Shown here piece after piece: positions 8,129 through 19,236 of a stretch of 64,000 nucleotides of DNA. Source of the DNA: Candidatus Poseidoniales archaeon (GTDB lineage: Archaea; Thermoplasmatota; Poseidoniia; Poseidoniales; Poseidoniaceae); assembly GCA_003602415.1 (NCBI GenBank), contig QQSK01000011.1:4186-68185 (forward strand), read 5' to 3'. A model generated the notes under the pieces. It saw only the letters and a list, made by a program, of their open reading frames with translations. It searched no databases and had not been told where the DNA came from. A program made the position numbers and the translations under genes. The first letter of the stretch is position 1. Every line of letters begins with the position of its first letter.

Positions 8129-8772
8129 TCATTACCCTCCAACAAGTGCTTACCTTCAAACCTCTCGACTGATAGATTCACCAAAAGGTCTCCCAAACAG
8201 TAGAATGCACCTACTAATAATGGTGGATTCCAAGCGGTTAATCCAGTCCAAGGAACATCATTAGCCCACGTCCAATTAGCAAGATGTGTGCCCCACAATT
8301 CCATTAGCAAGGCCAGCCAAGCCATTGTGGCATAAAGTGAGGCCTGAGGGCCCCATTTTGTGAAACCTAGTACCATAATTAGCAAAAAGAGGCCAGAAGT
8401 ATCTCCACCAGTCCAAACTCCATAGGCCACCAATGGAACAAATGGAATAAGAGACCACACAGCCTTGTCTTTTGGAAGATAGTGAGAGAGTTGGCGACCA
8501 GTATCAAATAAGAACCAATGACCCACTGGTACGAAAAGTGGCATCAATCCTCTTTGATACTCGTAGATTAGCCATACCTCGCTAAAAAACAACTCCATAG
8601 GAGTTGCAAATGCTAGAACTGTTAGCATCTCAATTCGTTCTTTCCTCTCGGCATAAACATAAAGCCAAATGAACAATGAAATACACCAAATATTTACTGG
8701 TAATTCAGAGTATTCAGCGCTGACATACAGCCCTATCGAAATTGTGAGGACATAGATTAGTACACGATTCAT
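8125..8772 (-). CDS. polytopic membrane protein, unknown function
   Basis: Six to seven hydrophobic helices and Trp-rich loops. ATG at 8772 (MNRVLIY) sits 11 nt after the upstream stop; the track start is 8805. No family recognised. Confidence 0.5.
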   Translation of the reverse strand: MNRVLIYVLTISIGLYVSAEYSELPVNIWCISLFIWLYVYAERKERIEMLTVLAFATPMELFFSEVWLIYEYQRGLMPLFVPVGHWFLFDTGRQLSHYLPKDKAVWSLIPFVPLVAYGVWTGGDTSGLFLLIMVLGFTKWGPQASLYATMAWLALLMELWGTHLANWTWANDVPWTGLTAWNPPLLVGAFYCLGDLLVNLSVERFEGKHLLEGNE

Positions 8773-8782
8773 GCATATCCCT

Positions 8783-9766
8783 TCATTGCAATTCGATTGA
8801 AACACCTTCTGAACGCATTACATCGATTACCATTCGCACAACATCATCTGGTAAATCTTCAGGTGCATGTACTCCTGGTGACAACATGTCTTGATTTTCA
8901 GCCCAGGCTTTGACACAACAAGCTGTTACTAGACCAGTTGTTCTAGCCATACTTGAATCACCATTTTTGCCACGGTCTTCCACAATCCATCTTTGTTGTT
9001 CATCTCCTGATGAGATGAATACTTCCATCCAAGTAAATTCTTGGCGTTGAGGATCTAATTTCCACGCATCAACCAACTCATCCGCAGTTAGTTTTGATTG
9101 CTGATATTTCTGAATATGGCCTGGCCATCGCACGGTATATTCACCCATATGTGTGGCAGGAATATCTAGTAAGGACCTAAGACCATCTGTAAGGAATGCT
9201 TCCATCTCTCTACCGCTTGCATCTATAGTGTGTAAATCACTCATCGCATCGACTTGAGTATGCTTTCCATCAACCACAATTCTAGCAGGTCTGGTGTACT
9301 CTGCAATCACATCATGTGGAGAAAAGGGAGCCATGTACGACCATTCTGAATCTGGAATTAGAGGATTGCCTCCAACCTTGATTGTCACCTTATCTAAGAA
9401 ACCAAATTCTCTGAAGGCCATTCCGACCAACATGTTCGACAAACCAGGAGCGATTCCCACATCCCAAAGAATTGAACTAACAATACCATTGTGCCGGTCA
9501 GGAGTTTGTTCACTGAATGACAAATCTACTATTTTTTGACCTGAATCCTTTAGCAGTTCAGTAGCTTTTCCACCTATTGAACCAGGAAGCATGTTTACAA
9601 TCAAATCTGCAATACTGTGGTCAAAAGACATAGCATCACCCAAATGGAAATTGGCTTCAGTATCTCTTGAAACAATGTCGTATAGGTGTACTTCGAAGCC
9701 TGAATTCACAAGATTTTTTGTGACAAAACTTCCAACTAGACCTCCTCCAAGACAGTGAATTCTCAC
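8783..9766 (-). CDS. saccharopine-dehydrogenase-like NAD(P)-dependent oxidoreductase
   Basis: Rossmann motif at the very N-terminus (RIHCLGGGLVGSFV). Size and C-terminal domain are typical of the saccharopine / carboxynorspermidine / lysine-6-dehydrogenase family. GTGA overlap with the upstream stop. Confidence 0.65.
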   Translation of the reverse strand: MRIHCLGGGLVGSFVTKNLVNSGFEVHLYDIVSRDTEANFHLGDAMSFDHSIADLIVNMLPGSIGGKATELLKDSGQKIVDLSFSEQTPDRHNGIVSSILWDVGIAPGLSNMLVGMAFREFGFLDKVTIKVGGNPLIPDSEWSYMAPFSPHDVIAEYTRPARIVVDGKHTQVDAMSDLHTIDASGREMEAFLTDGLRSLLDIPATHMGEYTVRWPGHIQKYQQSKLTADELVDAWKLDPQRQEFTWMEVFISSGDEQQRWIVEDRGKNGDSSMARTTGLVTACCVKAWAENQDMLSPGVHAPEDLPDDVVRMVIDVMRSEGVSIELQ

Positions 9767-10977
9767 ATAGAGCCCTCCAGTTGCTTTTTTGATTCAGCGC
9801 CCATGGCTAGCATTGATAATTCAGCGATTAAAGCATGCCAACCGTGAGCATGCTCTCCGAATTTATCTCCAACTTCACTGTAGGGGAGGAATCTTGCAGA
9901 TGGTGAGTTGAGATTTTCCATTTCACCTTTCTTCGAATTGATTCTGTAAAACCAAGATGCCGCCTCTCCATCAACGAGATAGACTACTGGCTCTACCGGA
10001 GAGCCGTCTGTGGATTTCATAAGAGTTGGAACTCCTTCTTGTATCAAAAAGTTCTCAACATCAACTCCACCTTTAGAATACATCAAACGCTTGAACTTGC
10101 GATTTGAAAGATTGAGGAGTTGATCTCCGCTGCTGACTGCCATTATTCCCAAACCATATGTTCCTCTATCGTTCTTGATGAATGCAACTGGTTCCCTATC
10201 TATTCCCAGTATCTCATATCGATGTGCAATTTTTGCTAAAAACTCATCAACTTCAGCAGCTAACATCTGCCTGCAAGTTTCTTTTTCAAGACATTTATCT
10301 TTACTAACAAACCAATCTGTCATAAGATGCCAAGAATCTATTCCCAAAATATCTGCAATTTCGTCAACATAGCTTTGTAGACAAGCATAATGCTCTGATT
10401 TTCTTCTTCGCTGCCATCCCATATGAGGTGGAGGGAACACTTGATTGGACGACAGTCCTGGCAACAAACCTTCAGTCAAGTCATTGTTTAGCATAATCAA
10501 ATCTGGTTGTTCTCCTTCGACGAGTAACGAATCGCCATCCAAGATAACTTCATTCAATAGTAATGGACCTGAAATACCATCCAATGAACCATGCCCTTCC
10601 AGTTCAGGCGAACCTACTGTGCACCGGAAGCCACCCATAGTAATTAGTCGCTTTATGGTTGAAACATTTTCCACATATCCTTGATTCCTTGTATGGGATT
10701 CAGGATAGAGATGTACCCATTTACAATTTTGATTTAACCGCAGAATGTGGTCACGTAACAATGATGAAAGATTGGATTCGTCTTCTTTTGAAACATTGTT
10801 AAATCCAGCAGGGAAGTGATTAGCATCTACCACTGCAACTTTCCAACCACTATCTCTGATGTCCACGCTACCGTAGATTGGAATCGGAACCTCGGAACGT
10901 TTAGTTGCCATCCATTGAGTAATTTCGCTTCTCTTTTCCTCGAGAAGTTTAGTTAGATTATGGACTACAAATTTCAA
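9763..10977 (-). CDS. ATP-dependent carboxylate-amine ligase, resembles the rare Acidithiobacillus-type glutamate-cysteine ligase (GshA) family
   Basis: 404 aa. YGSVDIRDSGWKVAVVDANHFPAGFNN and IKNDRGTYGLGIM recall the Pfam GshA / TIGR02049 family from memory only. TTG start in a TTGA overlap with the asnB-like stop. The coding call is firm; the family call needs an HMM. Confidence 0.45.
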   Translation of the reverse strand: MKFVVHNLTKLLEEKRSEITQWMATKRSEVPIPIYGSVDIRDSGWKVAVVDANHFPAGFNNVSKEDESNLSSLLRDHILRLNQNCKWVHLYPESHTRNQGYVENVSTIKRLITMGGFRCTVGSPELEGHGSLDGISGPLLLNEVILDGDSLLVEGEQPDLIMLNNDLTEGLLPGLSSNQVFPPPHMGWQRRRKSEHYACLQSYVDEIADILGIDSWHLMTDWFVSKDKCLEKETCRQMLAAEVDEFLAKIAHRYEILGIDREPVAFIKNDRGTYGLGIMAVSSGDQLLNLSNRKFKRLMYSKGGVDVENFLIQEGVPTLMKSTDGSPVEPVVYLVDGEAASWFYRINSKKGEMENLNSPSARFLPYSEVGDKFGEHAHGWHALIAELSMLAMGAESKKQLEGSM

Positions 10978-12686
10978 TCTAATTCCTCCAATAAATCGGT
11001 TGCGCTGCCTGAGCGTTTGCTTCTACCACCATCTAATATGTGCATTGATTCAAACAACCCTAATCCAATTGCAATCTCTGGCTGCTTGATTAACGCTCGT
11101 TCTAATCCAGAGTAGCGTTTAGCAATTTTTGTAACATGAGGTTGAAGATCATCTATTAGTGAATCAATCAACTTAGGCGATGTTGCTCTACCTGCAGGTA
11201 GTTTAGGCCTTCTTACTATGTCCGAAGGGAGTTTAGTCAATTCGGCTGCTGCTCGAAGTGCTGCTTTTTCTTCACCTGAACTTGGTAATCTCCAATCCAT
11301 TGGAAGCTTGTTAGATGCTTTGCGATGCCTACTTCCCAAAAACGGAACTCGTACTTCTAAACCGTGGGCCATTGAGTGCCTGTCGACCAATCTCAATTGG
11401 AAATTGGATAACTGGCCATGGTCTAATTCAAACTGCAAGAAATCTTGCAAAGAACCTGTATGAGCATCTGGTGAGTGATTTGTAGTCCACCATTGTTCTC
11501 CTTGAAGTGACGACAAATCACAGTCCATATCAGCAAGCCTTTGAGTTATTGACCGATTATGTTTCTCCAAATTTTTGTATCGAGGGTAACCGGCATGTAA
11601 TTCATCTGCTCCCTGTCCACAAAGCCCTACGGTTACGGATTCAGACATCTTCGAAAACAAAGGCTGGAAAAATAATACTGTCACATCCAAATCTTCTCCG
11701 TGCCAAGCCAAATCAGGTAATTTAGAATCAAAGGAGTCCGGCGACAAAATATGTTGATGGTGTTCTAAATCAAGACTAGATGCCACTATTTCAGCAGCTT
11801 GCCAATCGGGATTATCTTCGCTTTCAGCAACAGTCCAGCATGCAGGAACTGGTTGTTCTGCAATTTCTGCTGCTTCTCTTGCAACAGCACAAACCAAACT
11901 GGAATCTAATCCACCTGAAAGAACAATGCCAACTGGTACATCGGCCATCAAGCGATCACTGACGCTTAAAGTAAAACTGTCCAACAAACCACGAGGGTCA
12001 TTCCAATCAATTTCTGGCTCAACAGATTGTACTTCAAATCTCGACATACTGGTCATTGTTGGAGTGCCATCAATCATTTCCCAAACTTCTACTGTGCCCG
12101 GTCGAACTTGATGAACTCCTGAAAATAAAGTGGTTGCATCAAGAGGATATTCCCATGCAATTCTTGCTTTAAGTGCCAAGATATCGATATTTGGCACATA
12201 TTCATCATAGGCTCGCAGTGCTTTGGCTTCTGATGCAAAAAGTAGATTTCCATCGACTGTAGTCCGCATCAAAGGTTTGATTCCAACAGGGTCACGAGCA
12301 AGAATTAGTTGGCCTTCAGACCACAATGCAAATGCAAACATGCCATCTAATTTTGAGATCCATTTGGCATGCTCACTAGCAGAAGATTTTCCATTATGTA
12401 GTGATAATACAATCTCACTATCTCCGTTGGTAGTATAGTTGTATAAACTATCCCTCAAGGACTTGTGATTGTAGATTTCACCATTCACAACTCCAACTTT
12501 ACCTGGTCCACTTATTGGCTGAGGAGAGCCTTCAATATCCAGAATTGCTAGACGAGTATGAGCAAGACCGCAAATATCATCATTGTAGATTCCATTTCCA
12601 TCGGGACCTCGATGATGTAGCAATGAAACCATGCGTGACAGGACGTTTGCGTCCGGCTGACCAAGCATCCCTGCTATGCCACACAT
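10974..12686 (-). CDS. asnB: asparagine synthase-like glutamine amidotransferase (class II Ntn + PP-loop)
   Basis: MCGIAG N-terminal nucleophile Cys, DGMFAFALW, and SGGLDSSLV PP-loop. Confidence 0.85.
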   Translation of the reverse strand: MCGIAGMLGQPDANVLSRMVSLLHHRGPDGNGIYNDDICGLAHTRLAILDIEGSPQPISGPGKVGVVNGEIYNHKSLRDSLYNYTTNGDSEIVLSLHNGKSSASEHAKWISKLDGMFAFALWSEGQLILARDPVGIKPLMRTTVDGNLLFASEAKALRAYDEYVPNIDILALKARIAWEYPLDATTLFSGVHQVRPGTVEVWEMIDGTPTMTSMSRFEVQSVEPEIDWNDPRGLLDSFTLSVSDRLMADVPVGIVLSGGLDSSLVCAVAREAAEIAEQPVPACWTVAESEDNPDWQAAEIVASSLDLEHHQHILSPDSFDSKLPDLAWHGEDLDVTVLFFQPLFSKMSESVTVGLCGQGADELHAGYPRYKNLEKHNRSITQRLADMDCDLSSLQGEQWWTTNHSPDAHTGSLQDFLQFELDHGQLSNFQLRLVDRHSMAHGLEVRVPFLGSRHRKASNKLPMDWRLPSSGEEKAALRAAAELTKLPSDIVRRPKLPAGRATSPKLIDSLIDDLQPHVTKIAKRYSGLERALIKQPEIAIGLGLFESMHILDGGRSKRSGSATDLLEELD

Positions 12687-12733
12687 GACACTGGCTGAAA
12701 CAAATCATTCAAGAGACCTTGCTTTGTTTCTAA

Positions 12734-12844
12734 TTACCAAAGTGGGTATACGAACATTGTAATCATTAGGATTACGAACGATAGAATGAATGTCACTAAG
12801 TAGGTACTCTGAGGAGGGTCCGGAGATGGTGCATCGTCACTCAT
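12734..12844 (-). CDS. candidate 36-aa hydrophobic micro-protein
   Basis: Hand-translated sORF below the track cut-off: MSDDAPSPDPPQSTYLVTFILSFVILMITMFVYPLW followed by a stop. One TM helix. Lies in an otherwise empty 210-nt gap. No other support. Confidence 0.25.
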   Translation of the reverse strand: MSDDAPSPDPPQSTYLVTFILSFVILMITMFVYPLW

Positions 12845-12896
12845 TGTGTCTCACCTATCCAATGGCGGGACTAGGAGCCATTTCAACATAATGGTC

Positions 12897-13514
12897 TCAT
12901 AACCAAGGTACAAGCATTATTACAAATGAAAGAGGAATCAACAACATAGTAGCATTGTCATCAATCCATCGTAACCTTGGCCATTCTGCCGCAACACATA
13001 GTGGCCCCATAATCAGGGCTATCCAAATTGGTGTTCCAGTAAAATGCCAACAGGAAAGCCAGATCAATGCAATAAATAATGAACCAAAAATGAAGACATT
13101 TTTTGTCTCGATTTCCTTTCTTCTCAATTCTCCAAGGAAAGGGTCCCCCAATGATAAAGAAAGAATGAGAGGCCAAACTAACTCAGGATAATCTGACAAA
13201 ACAAGGAATGTCAAACCAACTGCAATACCACCCCAAGCTAATGCACTTACTTGCTTTGATTCATAGTCACGTTGACCAAAAATTGTGATTCCCATTTTCA
13301 ACCTTAATGCCTCTACCAAAATTAGGGAAAGAGTGAGTGAAGAGACTAGTTGTAATTCTGTTATTGAGAGCGCATCTGCCAATTTTTCTGCATATTCATA
13401 GTACACGAATGGAATAATTGACATGCCAATATGAAAGGCTCTTCTGAAGACATGACCTGATACTCCACCCACTGAATGGTCCACAGGGTCAGTTAATTCG
13501 ATTTGCTCACTCAC
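12897..13514 (-). CDS. integral membrane protein, unknown function
   Basis: 205 aa with about 6 hydrophobic helices. Its start overlaps the meaB stop region. A polyprenol-kinase-like assignment would be only a guess. Confidence 0.5.
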   Translation of the reverse strand: MSEQIELTDPVDHSVGGVSGHVFRRAFHIGMSIIPFVYYEYAEKLADALSITELQLVSSLTLSLILVEALRLKMGITIFGQRDYESKQVSALAWGGIAVGLTFLVLSDYPELVWPLILSLSLGDPFLGELRRKEIETKNVFIFGSLFIALIWLSCWHFTGTPIWIALIMGPLCVAAEWPRLRWIDDNATMLLIPLSFVIMLVPWL

Positions 13515-14328
13515 TAAGTTCCCTCAGTGCCATGTCGAGTTCTAACCCTTCTTGAGACATGCGGTCAAGAATTGCCTCAAAGTTGGGATTTGTGATTAAA
13601 ATATTCTCATGCGCCATAATCAATTGCTGACGGCATCTAGCCCGTTTTGACGAAATTCTTTCTTCTAGATTCATTATCACATTTGCCAGTTCATCCAAAC
13701 CTTCTTCGGTAAGGGTACTGGTTTTGATTATTTGAGGTGCGTCATTAGTTAGTGACAATGAGATTGTAAGGTCATTTACAACACGATCTACACCATCTAA
13801 ATCAGATTTGTTTACGACTATCAAATCAGCCAATTCAAGTAAACCTGCTTTCTCTGCCTGAATGCCATCTCCACGTGCAGGACCTTCAACTACAACAATT
13901 CTGTTTGCTATTGCAGCGCAACGCATTTCAGATTGTCCTGCTCCGACGGTTTCAATTATCACAATATCAAAAGATTCTGCCAATAAATGGTTCGCAAGGC
14001 CCTTAACTATAGAAGGCACAGAACCACTAGAAGACCTAGTAGCAACACTTCGAACATATATTGAATCTGATTTTGACTTATCATCAAGAACGCTTAGTCT
14101 AATTCTATCTCCTAACAAAGCCCCACCACTTAGAGGAGAGGTGGGGTCTACCGCCAATACCGCAACTTTATTTTGTGGAGTAAGACGTTGCAAAATTGAA
14201 TCAACCAAACAGGATTTACCAATTCCAGGAGGGCCTGTAATCGCAACTATCAAACCTTCAACATCTGAAACTACTAGTTCACCGTTCTCAATAGCAGACA
14301 ACTGCCTTGCTAAAGAACGGCGGTCCAA
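13507..14328 (-). CDS. meaB: methylmalonyl-CoA mutase-associated G-protein chaperone (MeaB/ArgK)
   Basis: GPPGIGKS P-loop, DPTSPLSGGALLGDRIR, ETVGAGQSE, VNKSDL. Confidence 0.85.
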   Translation of the reverse strand: MDRRSLARQLSAIENGELVVSDVEGLIVAITGPPGIGKSCLVDSILQRLTPQNKVAVLAVDPTSPLSGGALLGDRIRLSVLDDKSKSDSIYVRSVATRSSSGSVPSIVKGLANHLLAESFDIVIIETVGAGQSEMRCAAIANRIVVVEGPARGDGIQAEKAGLLELADLIVVNKSDLDGVDRVVNDLTISLSLTNDAPQIIKTSTLTEEGLDELANVIMNLEERISSKRARCRQQLIMAHENILITNPNFEAILDRMSQEGLELDMALRELSE

Positions 14329-14766
14329 TCACTCACCCCAATGCCAATCATTTTGTGAACCAACACCACAATCTTTCGTAGATGCAACTTCAACAAATTC
14401 AAGGATTTCAGAAGAAGAAGTACCTGGACCAAAAATCGCCTTTACACCCGCTTCATACAACGGAGCCCTGTCGGATTCAGGGATAATCCCTCCACCGAAA
14501 ACAATGACATCATCAAGTCCGGATTGCCTCAGCAATTCACAAATCTTAGGAAATAGATGACTGTGTGCGCCTGATAGTGAAGATAATCCTACAAAACGGG
14601 CATCTTCATCCATTACGGTTCTTACAATCTGGTCAGGAGTTCTTCGTAATCCTGTGTAGATTACTTCGTGACCTCCATCTCGTAGAGCTCTAGCAACAAC
14701 CTTGGCGCCACGATCATGTCCATCCAAACCGGGTTTGGCGATTACGATGCGCTGACGGGCTCCCAT
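14329..14766 (-). CDS. methylmalonyl-CoA mutase, B12-binding small subunit/domain
   Basis: IVIAKPGLDGHDRGAKVVARALRDGGHEVIYTGLRRTPDQIV (DxHxxG cobalamin motif). The ATG at 14766 (MGARQRIV) is preferred to the GTG at 14820. Confidence 0.85.
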   Translation of the reverse strand: MGARQRIVIAKPGLDGHDRGAKVVARALRDGGHEVIYTGLRRTPDQIVRTVMDEDARFVGLSSLSGAHSHLFPKICELLRQSGLDDVIVFGGGIIPESDRAPLYEAGVKAIFGPGTSSSEILEFVEVASTKDCGVGSQNDWHWGE

Positions 14767-14866
14767 ATTCGGGTGTGTGTAGTAGCGTGTATGAAGCGGT
14801 TGCGGTGTAGAAATGCTCACGCAACCAATAAGGAGGGTCTAACACTGTCGCCATTTGGCGAAAGGC

Positions 14867-16420
14867 ATGATGGGTACCGATGAGAGGTTACGGGACTTGA
14901 GGGCGCGCAAGGCGCGAGTTGAAGCTGGAGGCGGTCAAGCAAGGGTCGATGCTCAACATAATAAGGGCAAAATGACCGCAAGAGAACGCCTTGAAATGCT
15001 TCTTGATGAAGGTTCATTCCAAGAGATAGACGCACTTGTTGAACACAGGTGTCGTGATTTTGATATGGACAAGAATATCATCCCTGGTGACGGAGTGGTA
15101 ACTGGCCATGGAACTGTAAATGGTAGAGAAATATTCGCATTCGCTCAAGATTTCACAGTTTATGGTGGAAGCCTAGGAGAAATGCACGGGCTGAAAATTT
15201 GTAAGGTCCTAGATATGGCACTCAAAACTGGTCGACCCGTAATTGGATTGAATGATAGTGGTGGTGCTAGAATTCAAGAAGGCGTTGCAAGTTTAGGATC
15301 ATATGCTGAGATTTTCTTCAGAAATGTTAGAGCGAGTGGTGTGGTTCCACAAATTAGTGTAATTATGGGGCCATGTGCAGGTGGAGCTGTTTACTCTCCT
15401 GCGATTACTGATTTCGTGATAATGGTCGACAAAACTGCACACATGTTCATCACAGGACCTGAGGTCATCAAGACGGTTACAAATGAAGAAGTTTCATTCG
15501 AAGATTTAGGCGGAGCAGGGACACATGGCAGTAAGTCAGGAGTCTCTCACTTTACTGCTGAAGACGATCAAAGTGCTATTGATTTAGCCAGAGAACTTGT
15601 TGACATGTTCCCTTCAAACAACATGGAAAAACCTCCGATTAAGAAAAGTTCAGATTCACCAAACCGAATCTGTGAGAAATTGGATTCGATTGTTCCAGAA
15701 GACCCTACAAAGCCCTATGATGTAAAGGATGTAATTACTGAAATCCTTGACGATGGTGGATTCCTAGAAGTCCAAGAGAATTGGGCTGGAAATATCGTGG
15801 TTGGGTTCGGACATCTTAACGGGTCAACTGTAGGAGTGGTTGCAAATCAACCAAAGATGTTAGCAGGATGTCTGGACATTGATGCCAGTGACAAGGCTGC
15901 TCGCTTCGTAAGGTTTTGTGATGCATTCAACATCCCATTGATTACTCTGGAAGACGTCCCAGGATTCTTACCAGGTACAAACCAAGAATGGGGAGGAATA
16001 ATCAGACATGGAGCTAAACTTCTCTATGCATATGCAGAAGCAACTGTTCCAAAATTAACTGTGATTCTGCGCAAAGCGTACGGCGGTGCATACGATGTCA
16101 TGTCCTCTAAACACATCAGAGGAGACTACAATGTTGCTTGGCCTAGCGCTGAATTGGCTGTAATGGGTGCAGAAGGTGCTGTGCAAATTATCCACAGACG
16201 CAGATTGCAAAATGCTAGAGACCCTGAAGGGGAAAGAGGTAGATTAATCGATGATTTCGAAGAAAAGTTCGCTAATCCATACAAGGCTGCTGCATTAGGT
16301 TATCTTGATGATGTAATCGAACCAAATCAAACAAGAGAACGATTGTGTAAGGCATTAGGCATGTTACTTGACAAAGAAGAACTACGCCCTGCTAGAAAGC
16401 ATGGGAACATACCATTGTGA
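14867..16420 (+). CDS. pccB: propionyl-CoA / methylmalonyl-CoA carboxyltransferase (beta subunit)
   Basis: Full-length carboxyltransferase pattern ([48 protein letters not shown]). The ATG at 14867 is preferred to the TTG at 14855. Confidence 0.9.
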   Translation: MMGTDERLRDLRARKARVEAGGGQARVDAQHNKGKMTARERLEMLLDEGSFQEIDALVEHRCRDFDMDKNIIPGDGVVTGHGTVNGREIFAFAQDFTVYGGSLGEMHGLKICKVLDMALKTGRPVIGLNDSGGARIQEGVASLGSYAEIFFRNVRASGVVPQISVIMGPCAGGAVYSPAITDFVIMVDKTAHMFITGPEVIKTVTNEEVSFEDLGGAGTHGSKSGVSHFTAEDDQSAIDLARELVDMFPSNNMEKPPIKKSSDSPNRICEKLDSIVPEDPTKPYDVKDVITEILDDGGFLEVQENWAGNIVVGFGHLNGSTVGVVANQPKMLAGCLDIDASDKAARFVRFCDAFNIPLITLEDVPGFLPGTNQEWGGIIRHGAKLLYAYAEATVPKLTVILRKAYGGAYDVMSSKHIRGDYNVAWPSAELAVMGAEGAVQIIHRRRLQNARDPEGERGRLIDDFEEKFANPYKAAALGYLDDVIEPNQTRERLCKALGMLLDKEELRPARKHGNIPL

Positions 16421-16428
16421 GGGATTAG

Positions 16429-16614
16429 ATGTCGGATATAGATACTCTAAGGATGGCTGCAATCATTGCAGTATTATCTGCAACTTCGAGTAAGGATGAC
16501 CCTGCACAGGCTGGGCGCCAACTAGGAGAGGCTTGGGCACAGGACCATCGTAGAATGAGCATGGGTATGTCTTCATTGATACATAATAGGAGCTCACGCT
16601 CCCCATGGAGGTGA
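16429..16614 (+). CDS. small protein, possibly acyl-CoA carboxylase epsilon-like subunit
   Basis: 61 aa, located between the carboxyltransferase and BCCP genes. RMAAIIAVLSA near the N-terminus and ..SRSPWR at the C-terminus resemble actinobacterial epsilon subunits (from memory). Confidence 0.4.
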   Translation: MSDIDTLRMAAIIAVLSATSSKDDPAQAGRQLGEAWAQDHRRMSMGMSSLIHNRSSRSPWR

Positions 16615-16618
16615 ACAA

Positions 16619-17026
16619 ATGGGTGAAACTCGTAAAGTCATAGTAAATGGAGAAGAATTCGAAGTTGAATTAGAGCAGGATGGTGAAAGCTGGAAAGCAA
16701 CCGTTGGCGGTCAAACTTTCGACATTGTAGTTCCGGATGCTGGGCCTGCTCCTAAACAAAGAAGAGCAAGTGGTGGTAAATCCAAGAAATCAGGAAAGGT
16801 TAGTGCTAACATTCCAGGAAAGGTTGTGACTGTGGAAGTAGCAATAGGTGATGTTGTGGAAGAAGGTCATGTTGTCATGATCTTAGAAGCGATGAAGATG
16901 CAAAACGAGATTCAAGCACCTGTGGGAGGCACTGTTACCGAAATTCATTGTGAAGAAGGTCAATCCATTGAAGCCAATGTACCGTTACTTGTAATCACAC
17001 CTCCAGAAACACCGGATGAAGCGTGA
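16619..17026 (+). CDS. biotin carboxyl carrier protein
   Basis: EAMKMQNEI biotinyl-lysine motif within a C-terminal biotinyl domain. Confidence 0.85.
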   Translation: MGETRKVIVNGEEFEVELEQDGESWKATVGGQTFDIVVPDAGPAPKQRRASGGKSKKSGKVSANIPGKVVTVEVAIGDVVEEGHVVMILEAMKMQNEIQAPVGGTVTEIHCEEGQSIEANVPLLVITPPETPDEA

Positions 17027-17309
17027 AAAATTACAATCATTAATCCGTAATGAAGAATTAGGTGATAACATGGGAGAAGATGCGGTTTGCGATTATCCTG
17101 GCTGTGGTGCAGTTGGAGATATCATTTCACGCTTATCTCCCGAAGGATATCTTGTGGCTACTGGTAAGAAAGCATATTCTTTCAGAGAAGCATATCGTAG
17201 ATTCCATTATTGCGCTAAGCATCACGAAGAACTGATGGGTGGAGTTTGGTCTAGAGTTCGTAAGCCAGACGACAAGAGTGATGGTCACGTAGCCCCTACT
17301 GCAATTTGA
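17016..17309 (+). CDS. hypothetical Cys/His-containing small protein
   Basis: 97-aa ORF overlapping the BCCP stop by 11 nt. Contains CDYPGCG..HYCAKHH. No family recognised. Confidence 0.4.
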   Translation: MKREKLQSLIRNEELGDNMGEDAVCDYPGCGAVGDIISRLSPEGYLVATGKKAYSFREAYRRFHYCAKHHEELMGGVWSRVRKPDDKSDGHVAPTAI

Positions 17310-17336
17310 TTAAATCATCTTTGTCGTAGCAGGTCC

Positions 17337-17342
17337 TATATA
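17337..17342 (+). promoter_or_regulatory. TATA box for a leaderless transcript of the 17365 gene
   Basis: TATATA is centred about 25 nt upstream of the ATG at 17365, and no SD lies between them. Confidence 0.4.
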
Positions 17343-17364
17343 CTAATTTTTTATTCAAAGGGAC

Positions 17365-17793
17365 ATGGAACCTCAAAATAGACCTGAACAAATTGTTATT
17401 CAACCACAACAAAACCTTCAGGGTGAAGTTCAGTATACCAATATAGTACAACAGCCACAAATTGTCTATATTGATTTGAAATACAATCCCGAAAACAATT
17501 TCAGATATTGGTCCTATGGAGTAATTGCAGTTGGAATTTCGATTTATTTTGGCTTTGGGATTTTGTTTTTTGAGAGTGATTTTGGACCTTTCATTGGTAA
17601 TTCATTATGTTGTCTTTCCTTCTCAATCGCATTTTTCCTTGATGCAGCGTTCTACAAAGGTAAATCCGAATGGCAGACATCTACTGGTCAATCCAGTACA
17701 GGATCTATTGTAGGAATGGTTTTCGATATAATATTCGGAATAATTGCATTATTCTATGCAGTATTTTTACTGATATTTATTGGAGAAATTTGA
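17365..17793 (+). CDS. membrane protein, Q-rich N-terminus
   Basis: 142 aa with 4 hydrophobic helices after a Gln/Pro-rich N-terminal stretch. Confidence 0.5.
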   Translation: MEPQNRPEQIVIQPQQNLQGEVQYTNIVQQPQIVYIDLKYNPENNFRYWSYGVIAVGISIYFGFGILFFESDFGPFIGNSLCCLSFSIAFFLDAAFYKGKSEWQTSTGQSSTGSIVGMVFDIIFGIIALFYAVFLLIFIGEI

Positions 17794-17796
17794 ATT

Positions 17797-19236
<1,440 letters not shown>

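Noticed and set aside
13862-14560. 232-aa plus-strand ORF
   Set aside because: It is entirely antisense to meaB and the B12-binding mutase subunit, both of which have clear motifs. Its composition is low-complexity Ser/Pro/Thr, typical of a shadow ORF.
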